DNA of 64,000 nucleotides from Leptogorgia sarmentosa (Eukaryota): NCBI GenBank assembly GCA_964658305.1, contig OZ210885.1, positions 2,790,001 to 2,854,000 of the forward strand, read 5' to 3'. Shown piece by piece: positions 52,113 to 64,000 of this stretch (position 1 is its first letter; each line of letters starts with the position of its first letter). The notes under the pieces were generated by a model. It saw only the letters and a program-made list of their open reading frames with translations, ran no database searches and was not told where the DNA came from. The position numbers and the translations under genes were made by a program.

Positions 52113-52469
52113 TAAAGTTGTCTATTTTCATCGAAAAAACCCATTCGATATACAAAATTTAGGTAGTCAGCAGCGAGTATCTTCAATTCTACTTTATGAT
52201 TACCGATCAACGAGATGCACGGCAACCGACAACTCTATACAGTCCCAGTGTACGGGGGGGGGAGGCAATTTTCAAGAATGCTCTGTTTTGCAGAATTACG
52301 AGATTGATCGTGATAATCACCAAGTCAAATTTTGTTCTGGTTTCTAACTTTAATTTTTTCATGATCCCGAAATTACTCTTTCATACTTCTAAATAGGATA
52401 TTGTTCACAAGTGTTAAATTAACTTTGAAGTATTTTCTTTTCTGTATCTTTTCTAGAAACATTCCGACG

Positions 52470-53589
52470 ATGTCATTTGTTTTGTTCTTCAGCATTTTTT
52501 CTTTCTCTCTGGTGGCTTTTCAGTCCTCGAGCATCTGTGACGCAGCATTTGTTGGCAAACGTAATTTCATATATTTAGTAATACTTTTTATCAATCTTGT
52601 TTACTCAGACTAAATATTTTCTCCTCCTTTTTTCATTACTCTACTTCTCCTAATTTTTGTCTTTTTCTTTTCCCTCCATTTATCTTCTTTCTGAGTCTCC
52701 CACTCTTTAACTTTAAGCTCACCATTTTCTCGACCATCTCTGTATTCCATCCTAGGTATCCACTTCAGGGTTTATTTTAACGTGCGCATGCAGTTCTACA
52801 CAAATGATGCAGTTCTAAATCAATTTGTGTGACTCTAAGAAAAATTGTACATTTTTCCAGGAGTAACAACACTATTAAACAAATGGTACGCTGTTTGGTA
52901 CTTTAATTAAGCCATATGGAATGATAAATTTATATTATGTTGAAGTATTAAGGCATGGCCTTTTTGGCCCAAATTTCGAACACTAATTGTGTTATGAACA
53001 TGCATCTGTAATTTTTCTGACTATCTGCATGAATATCTGCAACATTTCAATGCAAATATATCATGAAAACCAGGTCTCCTTCTTTTCCGTTCACTCCCTT
53101 CTCCTTTACTGAACTTTCTCTCGTTCCCCCTTCACTTTCTACTTAACCCTCTCCTCTTCTGTTCTGTTCCCGTTTATCGATCTATTGCGTTCTTTTGCTT
53201 CTTCTTCTCCGTCTTTCTTGGTGTTTACATATATATTTTGTTATTTAGATTCCACGTTCTTAGGTACTTGTGCCGGGAGCCCAATAAAAAACGCCTATCG
53301 CGTTACATGTCATGCTAAGGTGACGTATGATGACAAAAAACTTGGAACGAGGACCATTGGCGGTCATATAACAACTGATTCTTGCGATCTAAGCTCACTT
53401 TGCGCAAGCTTTGGAAAGTACCTGAAGAATCCTCGTAATTGCAGGGATGCCTTTTGCTGCCGTGGCAGTACGCAGTGCAGTAAATCACGTGATGATAAAC
53501 CGAAAAGTGGTCAATCCAGCTCAGTTTTTGGGGGAGCTAGTATTATGCTAATATTGTCTACTCTTCTGGCAAATAGTTTTGCAAAGTGA
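52470..53589 (+). CDS. Small secreted Cys-rich, probably GPI-anchored protein, copy 1 (Ly6/uPAR-like architecture, tentative)
   Basis: Signal-peptide exon 52470-52560 (MSFVLFFSIFSFSLVAF) is phase-compatible with exon 53249-53589, which has 8 Cys including CC..C, a polar spacer and a hydrophobic tail (ASIMLILSTLLA). A possible middle exon is unresolved. Confidence 0.7.
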
Positions 53590-56056
53590 TATTACTGATA
53601 TTTAAGAAATAGAAAACATTTTCTGTGTTTCTATATAGAGTTATAGAAACACGCGTGGAAGTTTGGAAAAAACGAGAAATTCCGTGGGAATTCAACACAA
53701 TTTCGAGTTTCTCCCAAACTTCCACAAGTGTTTCTAGAACTTATATAGGGACACAAAAAAATGCTTTCTATTTTCTTTATTAAATAGCCTTTTAAAAACA
53801 ATAAAAAAGATAATTTTTTCGATTTTAATTGCGTTCATTGAAAGATTCATTTTGTTTTTTAATTTCCAGCGCAATCCACGCAACCCGCGTGAAAATCCTC
53901 ATGTATTTTGAGCTCTCGACCAATCAACGCCCGTGTTTTTAAAAGGCTATTTTGTAAATGCTTATACTGCTATTCATGAAGTAAATGTGTTTCGTTTGAT
54001 GTGTAAATGTTTTTTCTGTAACAAAATGTACTACATAATTATAATGGTATAACAACGGTGTTATTTCTCAAAAGGAACAGCTATTTTATGTACTGAATTC
54101 TATTAATGTATTGTTCTATTATATAATTATATTTGTATCCAACAAAATAACAAGTTTAAGAAATCAAATTCAGGGGTTTTCAAGTCAAGTTTAAAATTAT
54201 AAACTACCCCCAATCCCAAACCTAACGGTAGAGGTCGGCAAAAAGTTGAAACTATTAAGGAAAAAATGTTTTAACATGTTTTGAGTGGGTTGGGGTCGCT
54301 AACGCAAAAAAAGTCAATTCGCATGGATTGGAATGTCGATTCGCTTTCGGGCGATGTTATTATTTTATCGATATTCCGCTGACATGTTGCATTCGGACTG
54401 CGGACGGGGTCACAACACGTCCGAGTTAAATCGATTACCGTCGGATCCAAGTTATATATATATTCATCCAGCCGATTATTACCGTATTTCCCGTGCTCAT
54501 TTTTGATATTCCAATGAGTCCCACAAGATTAATACACACATTATGTCATGCATAAATACAGATATCAAAGAATTACTGTGAAGCGTGTGATAGTGAGACG
54601 TCTATGGTACTGGCCTTACTGGGAACCCCATATTTGTGTTCAGCCCCTCCCACGACTGGACTTCCATTTGACCAACAAGCAGTAAAAGGGCTGTTCAAGC
54701 CACATACATATACACGCACACATACATACATATTTTATTTCACCTCGAATTTATAGATTTATATAATATAGTGGGTCTGTACTGCAGAATATCTTACAGA
54801 AATCCAGCAAGAAGTTTTTGTATTACGATAAGACAGACTCTTCTTTCACAGTCGTGGCTCACATTCACATTCGAATTAGAGCCAGACGTGTGACTTTCCT
54901 CCTCGCGCGAGGATCAAGACCCTGGGAACGAGGTTGGTGATTTTCGTAATGAAATCGCGATAACTTCAAAACGGTTCAATCAATCGAAAAAATATTTAAT
55001 GCCATTCTTCATTAACATTGAAAGAATGCAATGAATTTACTGAATTACGAAGCCTGTCTAATTGGGGAGTGTCCATTATATATGCACTGTCTTTTTTATT
55101 AAATCTGACATATTAGAAAGAGCAATAGATTCGCAACTCCTTTTGTGATCTGTATTTCATATTTTTCAGTTTGGCGAAGCGCACTTTGTTTCTGGATTAT
55201 TCAAAATCACTGAAGCGAAGATCGCATATACTGAATTGCACGAATAGCTTTGGCAATTCATGTTAGCTTCTAATATCTATGTTGTATTTTTCAATTCACA
55301 ATAACGCATTGACATGAAATACGTTCCCGAAGCTAAGCCTCCTAATGTTATGTCAAAGAGGCTATCCTCGCTTTCCTCAGCTGTGAAGAAGTGCGATAGC
55401 TATATAAACATACAAACGTCGAATTTATATGAAACTACAGAACATTATATGATTATGTTGCAACTGAACAGCACAGAAACTGACTTGGCGAATTAAATAG
55501 AATTTGTGGAGGAGCGGAGAGACAAATCTATCAGACAGTATTACAATATGGATTGATATAGGTAAGCCAGTATTCTTACCCTAAATAATCAAAGGAATGA
55601 ACTTATATTAGCCGGATCGCAAGCTATGACTGCAAATATCTGAAAATAATGTCCCGAGTCGCCGAGGTATCTTTTAAAGTGAAGTCATAGGGTTCTAAAG
55701 TAAGGCGTATCAGGCCATATATATCATAGCGTAGTAGTAATAAACAACGATACAGCGTTTTTTGCCCACACAATAAGGCCATTGACATAGTATGTAATGG
55801 CAAGAAACAATAATACATATGATATAAGACACAAGCTTGTGTGGAAAGGTTGGTAAAGGTAGACCGCACAATAAAACGCAACACATCAATATTAATATTT
55901 TCTCAAAAAATTAAAATTCCCTCGTATCTTACTATATAAGTCTACAACCTTATCAACATTTTGCTTAACAACATGGAACCATGTGGCGTGGCGTCAGCAA
56001 AGCCCGAAATTCGCCATTATTTCGGCTTCACTCTTTTATACGAAAAATGATGTGAG

Positions 56057-56161
56057 CACTCTCTCCAGTAATTCTTTAGCTCAGTGACCCATACACAGTA
56101 ACCCAAAATGGCGGCGAACTGACTTTCAACCACTGAGCTAAAGAATTACTGGAGAGAGTGC
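56057..56161. repeat. 30-bp perfect inverted repeat (hairpin)
   Basis: CACTCTCTCCAGTAATTCTTTAGCTCAGTG / CACTGAGCTAAAGAATTACTGGAGAGAGTG. Confidence 0.8.
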
Positions 56162-59100
56162 ACGGCATCAAAAAGTGAAGCCAAAATTATGGCGTGCATT
56201 CACTCAAATCCACGCCACTAGTTCCTAATTTTCACACCACTGACCACAACTAACTTTGAGCCCACTAAAGATTTGTTTTGGGGAAAATATTTTGGTTTTT
56301 GCAAAGGATTTTTCGGTTTTCTTCCTTTTTGACATTCTGATATCATTTGCTGCCTTCAAGACGACTGAAGAAGTAGCGACATCTATTCTAGTTAGTTAAA
56401 ATTGAAGCGACACAGATATTCAGAGCTCGAAAATCTCATTTGAAACTTGAAAGATAGTCTTTTTAGAAAATATTTTATTCAATTTTTTGCATAAAAAAGG
56501 GATTACATTTACCTTTCTGGTTGAAAAAAACTCTGCTTTTTTATAAGGATTGTGAAACCGTTTCATCCGTGCAAAAATTCGGCCTTTTCGTCTTGATTTT
56601 TTCAATATAAAAACAAAATTTCGGCTTTTTTTTACAAAAACAAAGAGGGAAAATCGTCTGGAATGGAATGTTCCAGCGTGTGACTAATAAATTATTCCTA
56701 ATGTAATACAATTTGAACTATTCTTATCAGTTATCATTTAGCAACTATAATAATTGTAGAAAATAACTTTATATGGATTCATTATCTTTTCTCGGACCCT
56801 CGGCGAAAGATGATAGTATTGTATATTTTATAAATACATAGATACATAGTGATACAGCGCGATCGATCATCGATGCAAATTAGACGTACCTCTTCTTCCA
56901 CGTCAGTGAGGGGAGCTGGTAATAAAAATAGTAAAATAAATAACTTTGACCCAAACAACTATTCTAACCCTGACCTATAATATTTCGGTTGCTCATAATT
57001 ATATCGTTTATCGAGAAAGGGCCGCCATCTGTTGTCATTCCAATAATATTTTATCAACTGCAGTTCAGCGTAAACGTCCCCTCCCCCCTTTCTCCCTAAA
57101 ACAGTTTAGACCGTGGATTTAATGCGGGTACATATAATTATCAGGGGCATTTCACTTGATATTTTCTGCTCAAGCACCGAAACCACACAACCCAAGCTCA
57201 CGTCAGCGCTGAAGCTGAGGTGTTTACGGTTGTCAAATAAAGGCTAACTTTACAAATATCATTGTAGTCAATTTTCTGGACGCTGATTGGCTAAAAATCT
57301 TCAACAACTGTGCAAATTAAACATTAATTGCACGGTTTCGAGCCCCCGATACATCATAAAAACAAATAAATAAACGCTTATCAACGCTAAAATTCTTGGG
57401 GTTTTTTTGTCTTGTTTTTTAGTGAACGTGTACTACAATAATATTAATACGAAATTACACTTGTTCTCGTAGTATTAATGAAAAATTGCACGCGTTCGCG
57501 GTATTTCGCCAAACACGCGTGCAATTTTTCATTAATACTTCTCGAACCGTGTAATTTCCTGTACTAATTTGCATACTAATTTGTAAAGCCATTATCAAAC
57601 GAGATGCGTGTGATCGCACGTTTAAACTTTTGAGGTATGGAAACGAGGGAGCGAATGATTTGGAAAATGTTGGATAAGCAAGCAGTGGAGTTAAATTGTT
57701 TAAAAGACACATGTAAAGCATACTGTTTGCGTGGATAATACAAAAAAAACATGCATAGCTTTTCACAAAGTTTCGTGCAAAATACTATATTCACATTTCT
57801 GTATCAAATCATTCATTCACTTATTGTCATACCTCAGAAGTTAAAACGTGCGATGGCTTGCGTCTCATTTGACCCGGACTTAGCTGCTTTAATGCTGAGT
57901 TGATGCTGACGTACTTAATAGTAAATTCCTTTTACTGGGAAAACATATTTATTCAAAACCGGAAATTGCTGTTTTTATGACGTAAATCGGTCTGGACAAT
58001 CCCAATGCGGCCCTCTTACTAAACATGAGGTGAACAGTTATTTGAGTCATAATACACGAGTGCATAACGAGTGTAAGACGTACGCAAGTTGATCTATCTG
58101 GTAATTCATTGAAAAGGGTAATTCATTGAAAGGTAAGATTCTTAGAGTGATTTTTTTATTGTAAGCTTTACTTGGCTCTCAGCTGAAACTATTTGGCAGT
58201 TAAACGAGTTCGGGGTTTCTAATACAGAGGAGGTTCCTACTACCCTTTCCCAGCCCAAAGTTTGACTAAATCTAAATGTCTTAGAGCTCAAATGCCATGG
58301 TTGTGGCTGTCTTTCTCGAATTTTAATCCCATTACCATGTTTTATTGTTTTTAATTTTTGCTGATCAGTTCCGGTCCCAGTGCATATAAAATCCCATTTC
58401 CCCAGCCAAAAATATCAGGTCTCGAAAATCAGGTCGCTTATTACAACATTTGCAATAATATGCTAGTATGATTCTTGTTGTATCGATATGGTTTAGGTAT
58501 AGTGAGTATAACTTTTGCTGCTTCTAAATGCTATATTGCTGCACGGAATCTTTACTGGATAAGAATACACATCATTTTTAAATAACAACTTATAAACATA
58601 AATCCTATCCAAATGGGTGTGGCGCGAACGGAATGTATAAATATGTACCACCCATTATACTGTATAATATACAAAATGAACTTAGAACAATGTCAACAAC
58701 AATTACGATTTTATAAAAAAACAATACGAACACAACACTGTCAACAGCTGACTCACTACTAAGTACATAACAAATTTACGTCGAATGCAGAACATACTAA
58801 CATGAAATAATGATTACAAAGGTAGATTTTGAATGTCTTAATGCTAGAAAATGTACATGATGGAACTGCTTCGCAAACACGTGCTGTCGTGCACACCGTT
58901 CCACAGTTTAACTATTCTGTTATGAAGTGTGGTTGGTGGTAGTTTTGCGGAAGGGAATGTTTTATAGCTTCGAGTTCGGTTGTAGAAATAAAACAGAAGA
59001 AACATATAGAAGAAAATCAGGTCCCTAATTTCAATAGTTTCCCGATCATATTTTACTGTATACATGCATATATATATATGCATGCATGATATCATGCGTG

Positions 59101-59658
59101 GTACGGTCTGTTAGTATTTGAATAATGACGATAAAAAAATCAACTACAGCAGCTAGAAGACGCATATCAAAATCAGTAAAATTGTATGTTGGGGTTACAA
59201 AATGCTGTGAACTACGAATTTGGCAAATTTTGTATAATTATTCTTGTGTTACACGCGGAAATTAGTAACTAAACCAGTCCTAAAGTTGTCTATTTTTATC
59301 GAAAAGAACCATTCGATGTACAAAATTTAGGTAGTCAGCAGCGAGTATCTTGAACTCTACTTTATAATTACTGATCTACGAGATGCACGGCAACCGACAA
59401 CTTTATACAGCCGGCCGCCCAGTGGACTGGGGGGGGGGGGGGGGAGAGGAGAGGCAATTTTCAACAATGCTCTGATTTGCAGAATTACGAGATTGATCGT
59501 GAAAATCAAGAAGTCAAATTTTGCTCTGGTTTCTAACTTTAATTTTTTCATGGCCCCGAAATTACTCTTTCATACTTCTAAATAGGATATTGTTCAGAAG
59601 TATTAAATTAACTTTGAAGTATTTTCTTTTCTGTATCTTTTTTAGAAGCATCCCGACG

Positions 59659-60724
59659 ATGTCATTTGTTTTGTTCTTCGGCATTTTTTCTTTCTCTCTG
59701 GTGGCTTTTCAGTCCTCAAAAGGATTTGTTGGCATAAGTAATTTTACTTTTTAATTTACTCATGCAGACTTACTAAATATTTTTATCCTTTTTTAATTAC
59801 TCTACTTCTCCAAATTCTTGTCTTTCTCGTTTCCCTCCTCCTATCTTGTTCTGGGTCTCCCACTCTTTAAGCTCATCATTTTCTGGATCATCTTTCCCGC
59901 CTCCTCCTTTCTCTTTTATTCCATCCTAGGTATCCACTTCCGGGTTTGTTTTACGGTACAAATTTTGCAGTTCTCAATCAATTTGTGTGACTCTTTATGA
60001 ATTTGTGCATTTTTCCAGTAGTACAACACTATTATTACACTATATTAAATGAATGGTACGCCATGTTTGGCACTTTAATTAATTAAACTATTTGGAATGA
60101 TACATTTATATTATGTTGATATGGCCTTTTTGACCCAAATTTTTTTGTACACTAATTGTGTTATGAATATCTGCAATTTTTCTGAATATCCTATGCAAAT
60201 ATATCATGGAAACCAGGTCTCCCTCTTTTCTGTTCACTCCCGTCTCCTTTACTGAACTTTCTCTCGTTCCCCATTCACTTTCTACTTATCCCTCTTCTCT
60301 TCTGTTCTCCGTCTTTCTTGGTGTTTATATATTATATTTAATTTTATATATTATATTTTGTTATTTAGCTTCCACGTTCATAGATACTTGTGCGGAGAGC
60401 CCAATAAAAAGCTCTTATCGCGTTACATGTCATGCTAAGGTGACGTATGATGACGAAAAACTTGGAACGAGGACCATTGGCGGTTATATGACAACTTTTT
60501 CTTGCGATCCAAGCTCACTTTGCGCAAGCTTTGGAAAGTTCCTGAAGAATACTCGAAATTGCAGCGATGCCTTTTGCTGCCGTGGCAGTACGCGGTGCAG
60601 TAAATCACCTACAAGTTCGAGTGGTGATGATAAACCGAAGAGTGGTCAATCCAGCTCAGTTTTGGGGGGAGCTAGTATTATGCTAATATTGTCTACTCTC
60701 CTGGCAAATAGTTTTGCAAAGTGA
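59659..60724 (+). CDS. Small secreted Cys-rich, probably GPI-anchored protein, copy 2
   Basis: Exons 59659-59737 and 60369-60724. All 8 Cys of the main exon are conserved with copy 1 and the C-terminal tail is nearly identical. Confidence 0.7.
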
Positions 60725-61582
60725 TATTACTGTTATTTAAGAAATAGAAAACATTTTCCGTGTTTCTATATAGAGTTATAGAAACACGCGTGGAAGTTTG
60801 GGAGAAACGAGAAATTCCGTGGGAATTCAACACAATTTCGAGTTTCTCCCAAACTTCCACAAGTGTTTCTAGAACTTATAGGAACACAAAAAAATGTTTT
60901 CTATTTTATTTATTAAATAGCCTTTTAAAAACAACAAAAAAGATATTTTTTCGATTTTAATTGCATTCATTCAAAGATTCATTTTGTTTTTTAATTTCCA
61001 GCGCAATCCACGCAACCCGCGTGAAAATCCTCATGTATTTTGAGCTCTCGACCAATCAACGCCCGTGTTTTTAAAATGCTATTTTATAAATGCTTATACT
61101 GCTATTCATGAAGTAAATGTGTTTCGTTTGAATGTGTAAATGTTTCTTTCTGTAACGAAATGTTAAATGTATTACATAATTATAATTAATGGTATAACAA
61201 CGGAGTTATTGCTCAAAAGGAACAGCTATTTTATGTACTGAATTCTATTATGTATTGTTCTATTATATACTTATATTTGTATCGAACAAAATTACAAGTT
61301 TAAGAAATCAAATTCAGGGGTTTACAGGAGTTCAAGTCAGGTTTAAAATTATAAACTACCCCCAATCCCAAACCTAACGGTAGAGGTCAGGAAAAAATGT
61401 TTTTACTTGTTTTGAGTGGGTTGGGGTCGCTAACGCAAAAAAGTCAATTCGTATGGATTGGAATGTCGATTCGCTTTTGGGCGATGTTATTATTTTATCG
61501 ATATTCCGCTGACATGTTGCATTCGGACTGCGGACGGGGTCACAACACGTCCGAGTTAAATTGATTACCGTCGGATCCAAGT

Positions 61583-61585
<3 letters not shown>

Positions 61586-61616
<31 letters not shown>

Positions 61617-61985
61617 CTTTATTTACCCACGGTACTTTTTCACAATAAAGTTAAAACTATTTACAAAACGAGTAGTGATCTTCCAAAAGGCCGTGCACAT
61701 GCATATTACGAAAAAATATTACTTAATAATACAACAAGAGTAGAGTTAAAAAAATATCACACTAATAAGTAAAGTTAAAAATTATCACACTATATTGTAT
61801 GAATCCAAGCGTTTTAGATGGACCGGTAATTCATTCCAAGCCACAGCACCTCTATATGAGAATGATTTTTTACAAAAGTTCGTATTTGGTTTCGGGGGCA
61901 CAAAATTGAATTCATCCAGTTGATCATTACTATTTCGCGTGCTCATTTTTGATATTTCAATGAGTCCCACAAGATTAATACGCAC
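61586..61985 (-). mobile_element. 3' end of a CR1/L2-group LINE with (ATT)n tail
   Basis: Minus-strand PKPNTNFCKKSFSYRGAVAWNELP, typical of the ORF2 C-terminus, followed by a 3' UTR and an (AAT)n tract on the + strand. Confidence 0.75.
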
Positions 61986-62514
61986 ACTATGACATGCATA
62001 AATACAGATATCAAAGAATTACTGTGAAGGTTGTGGTAGTGGGACGTCTATGATACTATGATTTTATTTCACATCGAATTTATAGTCAAGATAGCAAATG
62101 CCCTATACGCTCAGTGGGCCTGTACCTCTGAATACCTCACAGAAGTCCAGCTCCATTGTTTTTTGTATTACGATGAGACAGACAGCCCTTCTTTCGCATT
62201 CGTGGCTCACATTTAGGCCCCTATTACACTATACCGGATTGCATCGGAGCGGAGCGATTTTTATATCGGATTGGGCTGTTGATTACACTACGCCACTGTA
62301 ATCCGGTACGTGCCGCGGAGCAAAAATCACTCCGCTCCGCTTTTGATTGTGTGGCAATCAAATCAAGGCATTTAAACTTTAGAAAATTAAAAGAGTAAAA
62401 AGATATAAAAATATGAAATATGATTCAAAATGGTCAAAAAAGATTTTGAAAAATTAAATGTAAAAGTAGTACGTTGTCTTGTATTTGCAGGATGTTCATT
62501 AAATTTTAGAATCA

Positions 62515-63971
62515 TTAGTTTTCTGAAGATAGTTCCAATAGTTTTTTCAGTAAGCTATCTTTCTTATTTAACAATACTTGAGGTGTGCCATAGTCGACAA
62601 TTTTTCCTTGATCTAAAATCATTATTCTATCACTGTCTAAGATTGTACTCAAGCGATGTGCAATAGTTATGACAGTGCAATCTTTGAAAACTTCTCGAAC
62701 AACATTTTGTATGTCTTCATCTGTCTTCCTATCCACCTTACCCGTCGCTTCATCAAAAATGATAATCTTGTTGCTCAGTAATAGAACTCTTGTTAAATGC
62801 AACAGTTGTCGTTCGCCCAAACTAAAATTTGAATCACTTGAATTAATTTCATTATCAAGTTTTCCAGGCAGATTTGAAATAGCAGATTCCATTTTAGTCT
62901 GAGCAAGAGCCTGCCATATTTCGCTGTCGCTGTGTTCTCCCAAGGGATCAAGATTGATTCTGATTGTACCGTTAATCAAGATCGGAGACTGGGAAATAGC
63001 AGAAATTACTTGACGAGAAGATACCACATTGATCTCTCTTATATTCAAACCATCCACAAATATATCTCCTTCAGTGAAGGCAAGCCTCATCAACGCCGCT
63101 ACCAATGATGACTTGCCAGCTCCGGTCCGACCAGCAATTCCAATTTTTTCCTTCGGTTTTACTTTGAATGAAATATTTTTCAGGGCTTTAGGACCATCTT
63201 TGTAGTAGCGCAACGACACACCTTGAAACTCAAGTTCACCATTGCTTGGCCATTCTTTAGGGGGGGAGCTGGAGAGTCTTTGCCCTGGTTCGGGTGGAAT
63301 TTGGGTAAAAGCCATAGCACGCTCAGCTGAGGTCATCTGAGTGTTAGTATCAGCGGCAAAACTAATAATCAGTTTGACCAACATGTTACTTTGTAGCGCA
63401 TAAAGGATGGAGACTGCACCAAGTGCTATAACAAGAAGGTATAGTACAATAATATCAGTCACAGCTAGTTTCAACAACCAATGTGTAGCAATAGAATCCT
63501 AAGCATACTGTTTAGTTTACCTTTCGTAGCTAGACTTTTTTCATCAGTTAATTGCTTAGTTTAATTAAAATTAATATTTTACAGTTGAGTAGAACGGAAT
63601 GCTGTTACTCAGTTTAGAATATAGCTACATAAAAGTATTATTCCACTGTGATTGGTTCAATTCAGTGCGCAATTAATCTCAGATCACAGTGCGATTTCTG
63701 TAATCACAGTCCAGAAATGATCCCAAACAAAGCATGGTTGAGTGACATTTTCAAACTGTTATGCTGAAAAATGTGAAATTAGAGCAAGAAAACTCTCCCG
63801 CTGAATTTTCGCTCTGAGATGTAATTTGAAACTATACAATTGCCTTCGAATCAGTTATGAATATTATAAAACATACTTGCTGTATGGGTATCATTTATAG
63901 AAAAAATGACAACCACTGTGATAATTCCTGCCAATATTGTTGTTAAACTCCAGCATATTGTACCAAAACAT
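62515..63971 (-). CDS. ABCC (MRP-type) ABC transporter, 3' end (end of TMD2 and NBD2); gene continues beyond the window
   Basis: Exons 63971-63877 and 63425-62515. MTSAER, WPSNGELEF, Walker A GRTGAGKSS, signature FSLGERQL, Walker B IIIFDEAT, H-loop TIAHRL. The ORF-track start at 63477 is intronic. Confidence 0.92.
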
Positions 63972-64000
63972 CTGTACGAGGTATAAAATGACAGAACTGC

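Larger units (their letters stand above)
49082..54865 (+). repeat. Segmental duplication, copy 1
   Basis: Colinear with 56675-62213, from AGCGTGTG(G)ACTAATAAATTATTCC to CGTGGCTCACATT. The copies differ by indels and insertions. Confidence 0.92.
56675..62213 (+). repeat. Segmental duplication, copy 2
   Basis: Colinear with 49082-54865. Extra segments at ~57260-57570, ~58615-59150 and ~61586-61910. Confidence 0.92.

Noticed and set aside
63426..63477. N-terminal part of the 320-aa ABCC ORF as a gene start
   Set aside because: It lies upstream of a polypyrimidine-AG acceptor at 63426-63428 that joins in phase to exon 63971-63877, so it is intronic.

Overview
AT-rich, intron-containing eukaryotic (invertebrate animal) genomic DNA. 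The gene families and repeat style suggest an anthozoan, possibly an octocoral, but this is inference. Most entries in the ORF track are spurious, so the gene models below were assembled by hand from GT-AG sites with phase checks. In order, the window holds: (1) a 10-exon type I membrane protein with a tyrosine-motif (ITAM-like) tail; (2) a legumain gene with an in-frame stop; (3) RRP15; (4) an intronless, truncated RCHY1/Pirh2; (5) an intact rhodopsin-class GPCR and its inverted pseudogene, both inside an 8.6-kb block bounded by two hAT-type MITEs that share one outer 8-bp target-site duplication (apparent composite transposon); (6) a disrupted PAN/Ser-Thr/TLDc gene; (7) a 2.4-kb foldback with 1095-bp near-perfect arms; (8) a 10-exon stand-alone SRA/YDG protein with an N-terminal WDR76/CDCA7-like helix (candidate methyl-DNA adaptor for HELLS); (9) a tandem segmental duplication carrying two small Cys-rich GPI-type genes; (10) the 3' end of an ABCC transporter. 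MITEs, LINE and Penelope remnants and two minisatellites are interspersed.
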